From the NCBI GenBank assembly GCA_030141605.1, contig JAQGDQ010000067.1, positions 62,001 through 126,000 on the forward strand: DNA of 64,000 nt, given 5' to 3'. The DNA is from Tubiluchus corallicola. Its lineage: Eukaryota; Animalia; Priapulida. Every line of letters starts with the position of its first letter. The first letter of the stretch is position 1. The position numbers were made by a program, and so were the translations under genes. Below the pieces are notes generated by a model that ran no database searches, had not been told where the DNA came from, and saw only the letters and a list, made by a program, of their open reading frames with translations. Of this stretch, positions 28,200 to 41,333 are shown piece after piece.

Positions 28200-29250
28200 T
28201 TACCATAACCGTGTAGTAAACAGACTTTAGCTTATTAACGATGTAAGACGTAATATTTCGTAATATTAACAATTCAATTAGCAAAAAATGCTTAACCTTG
28301 CAAAGTTAATACAGAGTTTAAGATCACGTCCCCGAAGTTTGCTTAGTTACTAGCAAACAAGAGCAAAACGCAAGCAGTTGATAGCAATTTTTAAACACCA
28401 TTTTCAGATCGAATATTATCCGCCTGACTCTTAGAGATTGCAAATGAGGTGTACATAGTCTGTCCAAATATGACACATAATTAATTATACATCGTTCGTA
28501 CAGTCAGAGGTAAAAGATCCTGCACTTTTTCGATACAGTCTATGTCTGTAAATGAAACGTCGGTTATGGTAAATGAAAAGGCGACTGTACAATAAAGGTT
28601 TTAATATATGTTCTGTTAACAAGACGTTTTTGTTGCATTGTAAACCATCTGCAGTACTTTGAAGCTCGAAATCTGCTATAAGACGAGAATTTAAGATCTG
28701 AGGTGATTACGAACATTCACGATTTGAAGATACAGGAACCCCGTCTAGTTCGTATAGAAATTGGAAGTTTCCATTTATGTGCAGCTGTGCTAAGCTGCCA
28801 CCTCCTGAACTAATCTGCTAACTTTACAATGGCAGCAACAAATGCATGATTTTGATTGCAGGTTGCATAAGGCTTTAAATAGTCTGCAAAAAGCCGAATA
28901 TATTGGGAGCTAGTACTTCACGTAGGTCGTCGATAAACAGTAAAAATAATACTATTTATAGTATCAAGCAATGTTAATAGTAGCCCTAAAACAGGTGTTG
29001 CTTAACAAGTATTACAGTTTAACACAGGTCTGAAATATCATTGCTATGTAGTTTTGCTAGTAATTTGGTTGTCGACGATACCAATGAAAAGCTTTTGCAT
29101 AGTCTGTGTATACATCGATTTTTCTTCCGTTGTTAGGATGTTTTCCCCAACTGTTAATACGCTCGAAATAATTGGGAACAAGTGGATTTGTTCTCGCATG
29201 TACATGTTGGGCTTTGGTTATATTACGTACAAGAACCACAAGCTATCACA
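28200..29250 (-). mobile_element. Heavily decayed LINE RT fragment
   Basis: Minus-strand IDVYTDYAKAF (29057-29239 ORF) and LFLLFIDDL-like segment near 28930-28950. Confidence 0.55.
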
Positions 29251-32200
29251 ACATAATAAAATAAGCTTAAAACTCAAACAGCAACACGGAATTATAGCTA
29301 AATGATTCACAGTACAAAATTAACATGAAAAGAAAGAGGTATATCTCTAATTAGTACACGCAGATTAGTTGACTTATATTCAAGCAGCAGCCTTAGTTCC
29401 TCTGTGTGTTCTACGCCCGATGTTTCTCCACATCAATAGCTTCTCACACCAGATATGAACAAATGTCTGACAGTCCACTAAATGTCATTTCCACTAACAG
29501 AAGCAAAAGATGGACGAGTTTCAGTAGCTTCACCAACAACTTCATTAACCACTAAGTAGGCTACCACTACACCATCACCCATCCAGATCGTATCAGGGCT
29601 TCGTAAGCCACATTATCATATCAAGTCCAGAATATCCATCATAATAACAAATCAGCCGCTTCAGAAGCGACAGATTTTGTCAGCTCACAGTATAGCTGGG
29701 AAAAAGGTTGCAGATTTGAGAAAATTGCCAATATATAAACCCTGGAGCATGTGCACGTAGCTTCAAAGGGCACGTAATTATTGGTATTTAGAAAATTCCT
29801 TTGTCCTTGGGGGTGTTGTGTGCTAAGTTGCTAACTCGTGATGCGACGTAGCAGAAAAGTAAACAAATTTGAAACTACTTTATCCGTTTAGGTTATCATG
29901 GATAATAATTACATTAGTATAATAACAGCAGTCAATAAACACCTGAAATAATTTATCCTAAGTCTTAACGCCTCCCTCTTTCAAATGAAAATTTTTACAC
30001 AAAATGGAAAAATTTTACGATCATAACCTACTACTACTACAAGCTAACACAGTAAACATTGAAAGCAACGCATCCTACATACTCTTTAAAAAATCCCTGA
30101 AATCAAGTAGGTCTACGACTCTACGTTAATAAACGAATTATCAGTTATCGTCCCATTAAAATAAGCTTACTAAAGGAAAATGCAAGGACCCACAAGACGC
30201 GTAACTATAACAGTAGAACCTAAAACGCTCAGAAAATATCAGAGCTCTGGCAATGTCCCATCGTATTGTTATCACCTGGACACTTTCTCCTGAAGCTAGC
30301 AGTCCCTGGGATGATTTTTGGACACATTTGGTCGACTGAATGAAGCGTTCCTGTTCTAAGACGCTTCGTGGTATCTCTCGATCCTTGCTTAGATCACATT
30401 CATACTGTTTGAGCTTAAGGAACATACCAGCCATCATTCTCTGATCAAGTCTGACAACACATCCTCTAGTATCCACACGTTTTTGTACGATCGCTTATTT
30501 CCTTTTTCCTTTTGTACTATCACCCTTTTCCTTACCAGTTTTCTTGCCTGCTCCTCCCGATATCAATCTTCAAAGGCTTGGAGACACTATCTTACCATGA
30601 GAGAGCCTCTCTTGGCACCGTGTTATCATGAATACTTATGTACTTTCTTTTCTAGGATATTAACGCAATTTCTCTATTCAATCGCAATCCGCAGATTGGA
30701 AATCTGGTACTTGTGCAGAACAAGTTTTTGCTTTCCTCGTTCTAAGTTGCCCTTTGCTCTTATCGAGGACATCTTACCTGCACGTGATGCTCACATTCGT
30801 CTCGATGGACACTCAATTAGCCCATCATCCAGCCCTCACTCCCCGACCTTTAAACCTTCTATACCCACTGGAAGGTGCTTTTACTTTGTTTGATTCACCT
30901 AATTTTCAATTACAAGCAGATTTTACTCCTGAATGTGGACCTCTTGGTGAACACCACCTTCCGGAGTCCCTCGTAACCGCATCTCTGCAGAGTCACTCCA
31001 TGTCGTTCGGTTACCATTTCGGTTCCATCAGTGCCTTCCCTTGTTTGCGTATAGCTTTAACTTTACGTTTCTAATTGTACGGTTCTACTTTGTGCTTTAA
31101 TAGCGTGCTATGTTGTCGTACTGTACGTTTATGTAATTTATCCAGTTTTCCTCCCCAGTTTGTAATTCCTCCGCTGCAGAGGCAGGACCTTTTCTTCACA
31201 CCTCGTATAATGAGTATTATTTACAATTATTTACAATTTACTATTTACAGTTAACAGTTGTACAACTGGTGTCGTTTTTCCTTGCGTGTGAGAATCTTTA
31301 CTGGGTGCTTCCTTACTAGTAGTTCCTCCCCTGCGTAAAAAGAGCTTAGCTTCCTTAATGTTCCAGGCTTTGTAGTGGTCGCGGTTAACGTTCCATCGCC
31401 ATTTTTCGTTTATTCACTTTTATGGCCATTGTTGGGCAGTTGTGAGTTGGAGTGTTGACCAACAGAGGAGATCTAGGCTTGATTCGGCTGGGCGTGACGA
31501 TAACGAATATAAAAATTATGATGCCAATATACATGCGAATATAAATTACGTGAAAATTTCTCTGTTTTTGTGTGACTGTTTCAAATTCAGTACTACGAAT
31601 GCCGTACGGCAGCGGTATGGAACGGGATTTCATACATATTCTCAGATGACGATTCTAGATTCTGCAGATCAGAAGGATCTCTATCCTATGGTTACAGCAT
31701 TTTTTCACGCATTTTCCTGCATTAAGGGCATCTTAGAAACCTTATATGATATCTAAACTAGACTGCATTTATTTATTTATTTATTCCAGGTTAAATGAGT
31801 TTATATGTAACTTAGTTGGAGCAGAGTGTTCTCATATGACCAAAAATTGAAACCTGAAGTGAACTTTAAACAAAGCAGATATTACTCTACAACTGCTTAC
31901 TACCAGTGTTCTTAGCTTTTTGCCAAAACATAAATAAATATAATATAACATTAATATTAATATAACCAATAACATTAGTTTAAACATCAGGTTAAAATAA
32001 AAAACATTACTTATTTGAAAATTTAAATATAAGCAGCACAATGCGCATCATGTGTGGCAAATCTGACTACAAAGAAAAGTGTGTAATCTGTTTTGGTGCA
32101 GCCCGAAGATAAAAAGATAAAATTGTGATTGGCCTATATCTAGCCTGCGTGAAAGCGAAAAACGAACATATCTGCTTTAGCGCAGTCATTCATGTAATGA

Positions 32201-32810
32201 TGTAAGTACAGGACGCTTAGTTCACCGTGATCAATACCACGTTTTAAGAGTCGTTTCAAATTGTCAAGTTATTTGACTGAACGATTTATATCAGTAAGAG
32301 CTGCTTAAAATGTACTCCAAAACGAGTTCAATCTATTGGATATTGAAACGGGTTAGCATTAATCTTCCTTCGCAATTTATTGTGGGAGCATAAAAAAGCG
32401 AATATGAAGACATCCGAATCAGCGAATGAATTAATCTTTCGCAATTTATTGTGGGAGGATAAATAAGCGAATATATATATATATATATATATAAATTCTT
32501 TATTTGTCATTAAAAATGGCTCACTCATTACAATAAAATTGAGTAATCCTCAGCGTAATGTTAAAAACAACACTGTTCAAGACAAATGCGTCCAGTGCAG
32601 ACTAAAAAAACTAAAGTGTAAAACTAAGGAGTATTTATTTACAATAAATGAACATATTTACAAACACAATATTAAAATATTTTTACAAAACAATATTACA
32701 AAAAAACATTAAATTTTACAAGACATATTTTACACTATATATACATTTAACATGACACAACAGAAACATGTTTTACATTACTTTTTTTTTTTTTAATTTT
32801 ACATTTTTAA

Positions 32811-33279
32811 TCATTTTATGGAGTTAGGGGCGTGGGTAGATGAAAATTGAGTCTGTGTAATTAGTATCAGATGCACCGGACAGACCTGAGCAGAAACTGC
32901 AGAAATATAAACTGTGCCATCATCGGCATATTTAAACTTAGCTAAATTTTGATTAAAATCCAGTTTATTAAACATGTCTGCTATGTAGAATATAAACAAC
33001 AAAGGGGAAAACCGCGCCTTGAGGGACTCCTATATTGCATTGATATTCTGCTGATATAAATTCATTTACCTTCATCACAATTGTCTTATTTTTTAAAAAA
33101 CTACAGATTACATTCAGCAAATTACCTTTGATATCAGACTGTATCAGTTTAAAAATTAAGCCATTTATCCAGACCCTATCAACGGCTTTCCGGAAATCAC
33201 AAAATATCCCAATGATAAAAGAAATCAGTGCAGCCTCTTCCAGCTGATAATGGCTGATAGAAACGTGAGCAGAAGCCAT
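32811..33279 (-). mobile_element. LINE RT fragment
   Basis: IFCDFRKAVDRVWINGLIFKL, IGVPQGAV, LFIFYIADM, KYADDGTV. Confidence 0.85.
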
Positions 33280-33284
33280 TTTTA

Positions 33285-34750
33285 TATTATGATTCTAATG
33301 TGCGAAGTTCGCTTGCTAACAACGAATCCCATAAATTAGATGAACTGCAATACGTCGGTAATAATAAAAATTTAGACGTCATAGCTATTACAGAAACATG
33401 GTTAGATACGTCAATTAACAACGACAAAATACACATCTCAGGCTTCCAGTGCGGAAAGATAGAGTGGTGTTAGGTGGCGGTATTGCTTTTTGCTTCCCGT
33501 GGTTGTTTTAAAACAAGTTTCGATTTATTGCCTCAATGCTCGTCTGAGGCCCTATGGTTTGAAGTCAATATGAAGAAAAACGCGATTTATGTATGTGTTT
33601 GCTACTGTCCTCGGAGTCAAAGCTCGGTAAAAGAAAACTTATTTATTAATGATCTCATACAATCCTACAATTGTTTATTAAATTCGAATTTAAAACATCC
33701 CCATAACATTGTGCCATAACATTCCTATAATCTTGTGACTACGGATAATAGTACTGTCACTCAGGCTGCTAAAAAGCGTAATATGTTTAATGACGTTTTC
33801 GCAAATCACTGTACTATAGGTAATTCTCAAGCAACTTTGCCTATTTTTTACTTAAAAACTGATAGTAATTTGTCTCTTGTCAACGCCTATATGGTCAGGT
33901 TGTTATAAGAATCTGTTGGCCCATTTAGAACATGTTCATGTGACTGCAGCAAGAATCTGTTCAGGAGCAATGTATAGATCTAATGTAGAAAAAATATTGT
34001 GGCTTCAACAGGCTGTCACTTCGTTGTAAACATTACCGTTTGTGTTTATTTTTCAAAATTGTAAATAATTTAACACCAAAGCACCTTTGCTCTATTTCCC
34101 ACCTAAAGTACAAAATCTTGCTACATACTATGTGCGTAATAGTGGTAATTACAGTTTGATGTTAGTTTAGTTGCTTTCGAGAAATAATTTTTTGTGGAAT
34201 CTACAAATCATTGGAATGCTTTACCTGCAAATCTGCATGAACTAACATCTTTGTCCACATTTAAAAAGGAACTACAAATATATTTAAGCTTTAATGTAGA
34301 CCACAAATATTATCCATATAGAAAACATCCAGTTTCAGTTTATCACACGCTCATGCGTGTTGGCTTTATTCGGCTAAATTTTGTCTTATTTTCTAGGGGT
34401 CGTGAGATGGGTCTCCATTCTTGCCAGATTGTAGGTGCGGCTTTCTTTTTGAAACAAGGGAACACTTTTTATTAAAATTTCCTCCGTTTAATCTGCCTTG
34501 AGCGCTGATACTCAATACGTTAAAGAAATATTGGTGTACTATCAGATAGTGATGTAACGCATTTTTACTGCACGGAAATGCATATTGCAAGCTATACGTG
34601 CAATTGTTCAATTTTTCAATATGTTCAGGACCTTATTAATTATATAAAGCATTTTCAAACTTGATAAAACTAATCTTCTGTGAGACTGTTTTATTTACTA
34701 GTTTTATTAATGTTTTATTTTATTTGTTATTTGTAAATGTATCATTGAGA
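33285..34750 (+). mobile_element. Internally deleted CR1/L2-type LINE (endonuclease start and 3' end)
   Basis: NVRS...KLDEL...LDVIAITETWLD, EALWFEV, VCYCP; later STNHWNALP...SLSTFKK. Confidence 0.75.
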
Positions 34751-35811
34751 CCTTTTATTTGACGCATTACAATTTTGAATTTCTCCCTTTTGACCCATGA
34801 TCTCGGGGTCAGCGATCAACCAAAGTGAACGTCACTCGTACGACTCAGTTCGTCTCGTCAAGGCAATCTCGTTTTGTGTCGTATTATAAATGTTAATAAA
34901 CGAGCACAGTTAATGAAATGGAATGTAGTATATCAAATGAAAGGCCTCGATGAAACAAATCGTGGGTTACAATACTCTCACTATATATAGGCAAAAATTT
35001 TGAAAAAAATCTCGATAGGATGAATTGACTGACATAAGTTGACATGAGATTGGTTTAACGTACAGTAAAGCTAACTTAAAATACTCTAAAGCTAACGAAA
35101 ATAACATACGAACGACTAATTAGCTCTAGAATTACGTGAATGAACAATTTAAAAGTTCCTCTGCCAAACAGAGTTGGAAATGTAAGCGGAAATATGAACA
35201 GCTATTAAATGATCCTAAAATTTCAAGTGGGATGTTTTTACCTGAAATTCGCAACACATATGTTGACTTCTACATTGCTGATGAAGATGCAAAGTCTAGT
35301 ATATGTAAGCTGGAAAACGGAAAATCTGTGTACTATTTTGGGTTTAGTGCAAGTCGTCTCCGTGCGTTTGACCTACCTGATTGACTTTACCATGTTTAAC
35401 TACAAGACAAGCCACAAATATTTACCTGAAATTGTGTCAGTTTCTGTACTTAGAGTATTAGAAATTAGAAAAGTATTAGAAACGGTAATAGTTACTGGAT
35501 GCAACGAGATCATTTAAACAACCGATGCCCAGTTTGGTTTCAAAAAATCGCACGGAACCGAGTTGGCAGTTTTTAGCTTTAAAGAGTTGCGAACACTTAC
35601 ATGGATAGTCACACGCCAGTGTATGCATGTCTTTTGGATGCGGCAAGACCTTTGATAAAATTGATTATTACTTGTTATTTAAAAGGTTCCAAAAAATAAA
35701 TTTTCTTAATAACATGACAAATTCTTAGCCGTACGAGAGAGAGCTCTTCTGAGACTTGTCATCATTAACACAAAAAATGTAATTCCCTTCATAGTCTCAA
35801 AGATTATAAAA

Positions 35812-35857
35812 ATTATTCGGTAGCTTTGGCCCTAGCGGGCCTCATCAGCTGAAAATA
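35812..35857 (-). ncRNA. Minimal type I hammerhead ribozyme motif, degenerate
   Basis: Minus strand cagCTGATGA-GGCCC-gcta-GGGCC-AAA-gct; the G of GAAA is missing. Confidence 0.7.
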
Positions 35858-38248
35858 AAAGTAAAATATTAAAACAGTGTGTACCATGTAAGAACATTGT
35901 AAAAAGAAAATTGTAGCTAACTCATTGGTTTGAAATATAATAAGTTAGATAAAGAGTATAAAATGACTGCATAAAAGAAAAACACAGAACTATACGATTG
36001 GTTTTTGCCAGGATAAACTTTTAGACGTTGTCTTTAGTTCTTTAAGGATGAAAGCATTAAATGGAGGGTTTAGAACTGTAGAATGGATTTTATAATGTTT
36101 ACCCCAGGGTGAGCCAAAAATATGATTCTTGCGGTCCCTAATTTTTTCCACAAGGTTGTCCCTATCAAGTCATTTGGTTTTACATACATATATCTCATGG
36201 CAAATATTACAATCTAGTTTAAAAACCACACTAGTAACACTACATTTATTCTTAAAGCTACAGAGGCACACAATGCAAGGGGCACGTTTGCCATCAAGGG
36301 ATAGGGAGAAGCGAGGAAGTGACAAGATTGTTCTTGAAGGTATTATTGTTTCGAAAAGTCACTCTGATATTTAGGCCATGGTTTCTAAAAATATTTCAGA
36401 TTTCTATGTAAGTAGCATTGTTGATAAACGGAACTACTAGAGTTCCTTCAAAACTATTATTACTGGCTTTCAAATGTATGGTGTCAACATTTCTGGGAAC
36501 ATGATCAACACATTTATCTGGACAGTCATTTTGTTTTAGCATAGATCTTATTTTCTGAATATCTTGGTCAGTATTGACAAGACGTTTGGCTCGGCTAATT
36601 TGTGATTTAAAAAGGACAAGAAAAGAGGCATCTGGCGTAGGTTTCAGAAAAATTGTATTAAAAAAATTATACTACTTTACAGCAATTTTATGCACATATC
36701 GTACTCGCGTTGAAAGGATTTTTCGTTTGTTTTCATTTTAAATCACTACGCCACGTAAATCAGGGGAAGAAAAGGCAATGTTAAACTATGACCCTGCAAA
36801 TATATATTACTTAGCATTTCACTTACCTGCTAGAAAGACTTATGTAAGTAGACTAATCATTTAAAATGTTTGTGCCAATTGGTAAAATGTCGCTGACTTA
36901 CCCTCTAGGGTGCGCCACTCACTTGCCAAAAACGTATTTTTAATCTTACTGACAAGATACAGTAATTTAAAATTTTACTTAATTAGCAACATGTATGCCA
37001 CGAAAGCTCTGATTATTTTTTCAAATTTTGCTTAATGTTATTTAAAGTTGCTTCTAACGACCTACCATTAGAATGGCTGCGCCTAACGGTTATCGCGGGA
37101 GTTTAAATTTACACGTTTTATACGGCGTTACGGCCGATGCAAGCCATGCACACGAGAAGGTAGTATGTAAGTGATATAAAATTTCGAGACGAATTTTTTA
37201 AGTTTTATGCAAGTGGAGGGTTTTCCTGTGCTTTAGCTAAAGCCCGTTTAGTTTGTAGTGGGTGGGCTGAGTTGAAATTTAGACAAATTCCACTATGAGT
37301 ATTTTTGATGTAAGGTTTTGTTCAATAATAAACACATGTTGACTGAAATAGCCACATTCGAAGACGTAGACAGCCTGAATCCAAATTGGTTTCAGCAGTA
37401 AATTTGATAGTGGGGTGGAATGAATTAAGACTAGTGACAAATCGGGATTATTGAACCAAATTCCAAAAACATCATATATATATCTATTCCAGAAAATAGG
37501 AGTGTGGCAAAGTTATTTCAAAGCTCTGGTTTCTAAATCATGCATGAAGATTATTGCAAAGGGAGCTAAGCGATTACACATGAGTACACCTTCAGTTTGA
37601 TGAAAGTAACTCGAATTAAACCTAAAGTAGCTGTTGAAAACAGTATTGAGGATACAAGGAATTTCACTTAAATCAGGTCCAAAGTGTTGACACACGGGAC
37701 ATACTTCATAAGAAATTTCATACAAGCATCGATACCTTCAGAGATTGGAATATTGGTGACAAGCATGTTACATCTAGGGAGAAAAGAATGACAGTGGTAG
37801 GAACACCACCAGGAAAGCAATGATGGGTGATACCGAGAAAATGTTGGCAGTCAATTAGGTGGGAAGGTACATGGGCAAGACGTTGTTGAAGAATACATTC
37901 TACTAGCCACGAAGGTTTCTCACACTAAGCGCCACTGGTTGATACAACCAGATGTAAAGGCATAGGTCTTCTGGCAAACTTATTGACTTTTGGGAAATAA
38001 TAAGACATTTAGTTTGTGGACTTTAGGCAAACCATATAGTCTAAGGCAATGTGAATGACTAGGAGTTAGATTTAAGCAACGATTTATCAGCATTAGTAAG
38101 TTATCTGAAAGTTGTCTTACCAAAGTGACTACTTTCCTTTGTCCCGAGTGGGATCAGAGTCAAGGTTTTCATAACAGTTATCACTAGAGAGTAAATTAGA
38201 AGCTTTCTCAACATATGCTGTTTTGTCCAAAAAAAACCTTTGCATTTG

Positions 38249-38304
38249 TCTGATGGTCTGATGGTCTGATTGTCTGATGGTCTGATGGTCTGATGGTCTG
38301 ATGG
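38249..38304. repeat. (TCTGATGG)x7 8-bp tandem expansion inside the Penelope RT
   Basis: Directly visible; the homologous site in element 2 (~49428) has a single unit. Confidence 0.9.
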
Positions 38305-39271
38305 TATGATCAAATTACCATCTTTCTTCAAAGTAGTGAAAGCTTTAGATTCTAGAGCAGTTGAGATGCTTCTCTCTTCGTGGGTCCTTGGAGGTTGACA
38401 TTTCACCATATCCGAAAAATGAAGAACTCCCTCATTAGACGTATTCCCCTCGCTGCCTTCCAATGTAATCCACATACCAATCTCTCTACACCAACGTTAA
38501 CCTCCAACAGTTTTTTCACTAACGTTCTGAGCAATAGCAAACCCATTATTTAAAAGGTCCCTTGCTTAAAAGAGAAACTGTTCCCTGCAGTAGAGCGTTT
38601 TGAGTTTGGACCACAACACGCTGCATTGAACTTTTCAACTGTGATGTGGTTGCCTGTCATGACTGCTTTGTAGATTGGAATGATACCTTTGACTGCCTTT
38701 GACTGATCGTTGTTGAACTCTGAATCGTTCCAATTTCTTCAAGAGTCGCTCACTGGAAATAATTTTGTATTTTATCCTTTCTACCTTATTACCTTATTAC
38801 CTTTCTACTACCTATCACCTATTACCTATATCCTTATTACCTTTCTAATTTTGCTATTTTATTGCCATTACTCTTGCTGTTGACTTTCATTTGATTTTAA
38901 GTCCAAGTGCAATACTACTTAGTATAACCCACCACAAACAATTCAATTTCATGTACTTCTTACTGTAAAACACCACAAGCACTTATAATTACCCAGTACT
39001 AATACACAACCAAATTTCGCAAACCTCACTCTCTACTCAGTACCAGCACGTTCTATTCAGATATTAATTCGTTAATTTGTGTGTTAATATGTGTTAAGCT
39101 AATCTTCTTGCTTTGTTTAATTAAATTTTATTCTGGAAGAAAATTGTATAGTTCTATGTTTTTCTTCTTCTGCAGTCATTAAGACTCTTTTTCTAACTTA
39201 TTATATTTCAAAGCTACACTTTTGTTTTTAATGTTCTTACATTGGTACACACTATTTTAACATTTGATTTG

Positions 39272-39317
39272 TTATTTTCAGCTGATGAGGCCCGCTAGGG
39301 AGAAAGCTGTGGAATAA
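39272..39317 (+). ncRNA. Minimal type I hammerhead ribozyme motif, degenerate
   Basis: cagCTGATGA-ggccc-gcta-ggga-GAAA-gctgt; stem II is partly disrupted. Confidence 0.7.
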
Positions 39318-41333
39318 ATATTATAATCTTTGTGAAAAGGTAGTATTTACGTCAATTTCTTAGCCACTTTGTATGACAAAAAGCTCTTATTTGCGAAACG
39401 GGCAATACCTACTCGAATGGTTTTCGTACCACAAATGGCGTCCGTCAATGTGGGATTCTCTTGCCTTTATTTTAATTTGATAAAAAACAAACGTCTAAAT
39501 TTCTTCTCGTTACGTTTAAAACACACTGTCCCTGGTAAAATATTCCTTGATAAACGCTGCATTGCCTGTGATTCAGGAAAAATATCTTGGCTATATAATT
39601 TGCACTATACGTGACATTCAAAACCAGACTAGTCTTTTTATACACGGATTAACTATTTAATAGGAAAATTTTCTGTGTATTCGGACGATGTTAAAATTAT
39701 ATTATTTAAGAGTTACTGCAGCAACTTTTACTGTATGTTTTTAAAGACTAACTATAGTAATGGTGTGATAAATAGACTGCGAATTGCATACAACAATTAT
39801 ATCTGAAGATTGCTTCGCTTAAAGTACGATCGCAGATCCTATTTCATGTGTGTAAACCTGTCTCTACCCCATTTTAGTCACATTCGCAGAAGATCGTGTT
39901 ATAGCATTCGCAACAGGCTATTACAACACATTGGCAATGGTTTTATAACTGCTATTGTTAATTCACATAGACTTGTCAGCTCTTGATTTTTTGTGAAATG
40001 GAATGACTTACTACATAATTAGAATTTCAATTTGAATGTCCTTTTGTCTCGTGGCTCACTGGTCAGAAAGCTGCAAGTTGCTTACATTGTGAAGTGGAAT
40101 TCCTAGAAAATCAGGCAACGCGAATTCAGTATTCAGAAACAACGAAATTAACAGTTTTAACACAAGCTGAAATACGCTTTTTGGGGGTTAGACAACGAAA
40201 TTAGAGCATTCGTGTACAATTAACTTTCAATAATTATAAATAGTATAATTTGTTAACCAGTCAAACTCAGAAAAACTGCAACAAAAATCTGACTGGTGCA
40301 GTATCATTGACTTAATATTAATTAATATTTAATATTTAACGCGACGACGTGTTTTGTCCTGCTTGGAGCTTGCTTATATGGACTGCAATACAAACAAAAT
40401 ATTAGATAACTCACTAAAATTGAGGTGAAAGAAAATTACACTAAACATCAATGAGAAACGCGTCAGAAACTTTCAACGAATTGTTGGACCTCGATTTTGA
40501 AACAAAATCATTTTAATAGTCTAATATACTCTCGACTATGTATATTTACTAAAATTACTAAACATATAAGATTATATTTGTATATTTCAGCCACATACAT
40601 GTGTAAAATAACCAATTAACCATCAACTTGCCACGTTTTAAAAAAATGGTGCTAGGAGCCCTATAAGCAGCCTGTGGTTATTTGACAGAAATTATTATTG
40701 ACGAGCCCATTGACAACAAAACTAACGTCATGCACGCTACTCTCCGCATACTTATCAATAATGTACAAACGTATTAGGAAGAAGTTTGTTTAAACAAGGC
40801 TTATTTCTCCAGCCTTCTAGGTCTCATGTGGTTTGATGATGATCAATCGGCAAAAGATGACATCATGTATGGATTTCCTGTCTCAAGAAATGTAGAAGAG
40901 CACTTACAACCTAGAGACTTACAGCTGTAGCTGCAAGGTGCTTAATCCTTGGCATGATTTTTATTCCTCGAAATTTAAGAAAACTGAGTGTTTCGTGCGA
41001 GTGAAATTTTCGTGCGGTAAACTGTGCAATCGAAACTTACATACACAAAATACTACAGAAAAATAAACGATTTTAAAAAATATTATACTTCGGATGAATA
41101 ATAAATATGATATTTACTTCGTTCTTAAACTTTTATTTTGACTCATTATTGTTTATTGTCACATTTTGTTAATTTCTTCATCTAAGCTGACAGATTCAAA
41201 TTTATTAAGGTTTCCCATTTCCATACAGATTTATGCAAAGCATATCTTTAATTTCTTCACCAATACCATAGTTAATAATACCATCAACGTTTTTTTAATT
41301 TGTTGTTTATGTAAAGCTCTTTGTCACTATAGT

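Larger units (their letters stand above)
35731..39352 (-). mobile_element. Penelope-like retroelement 1 (decayed RT and probable GIY-YIG) with inverted terminal repeats and TSD
   Basis: Minus-strand PSDKCKGF, SYFRFNSSYFHQTEGVLMCNRLAPFAIIFMHDLE, WNRYI.DVF, a YEICM/C..P...YIG-like endonuclease region. ~215-bp inverted repeats at ~35797-36020 and ~39120-39334. TSD caaattcttagcc (35718-35730) / caatttcttagcc (39353-39365). Confidence 0.85.
35050..40010 (+). mobile_element. Decayed LINE RT split by Penelope element 1
   Basis: QFGFKKSHGTE, VYACLLDAA..FDKI before 35730; GFRTTNGVRQ.GIL resumes after 39365. Confidence 0.75.

Noticed and set aside
40440-40470. GAAACGCGTCAGA hammerhead-like half motif
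   Set aside because: No CUGANGA box or stem II upstream.
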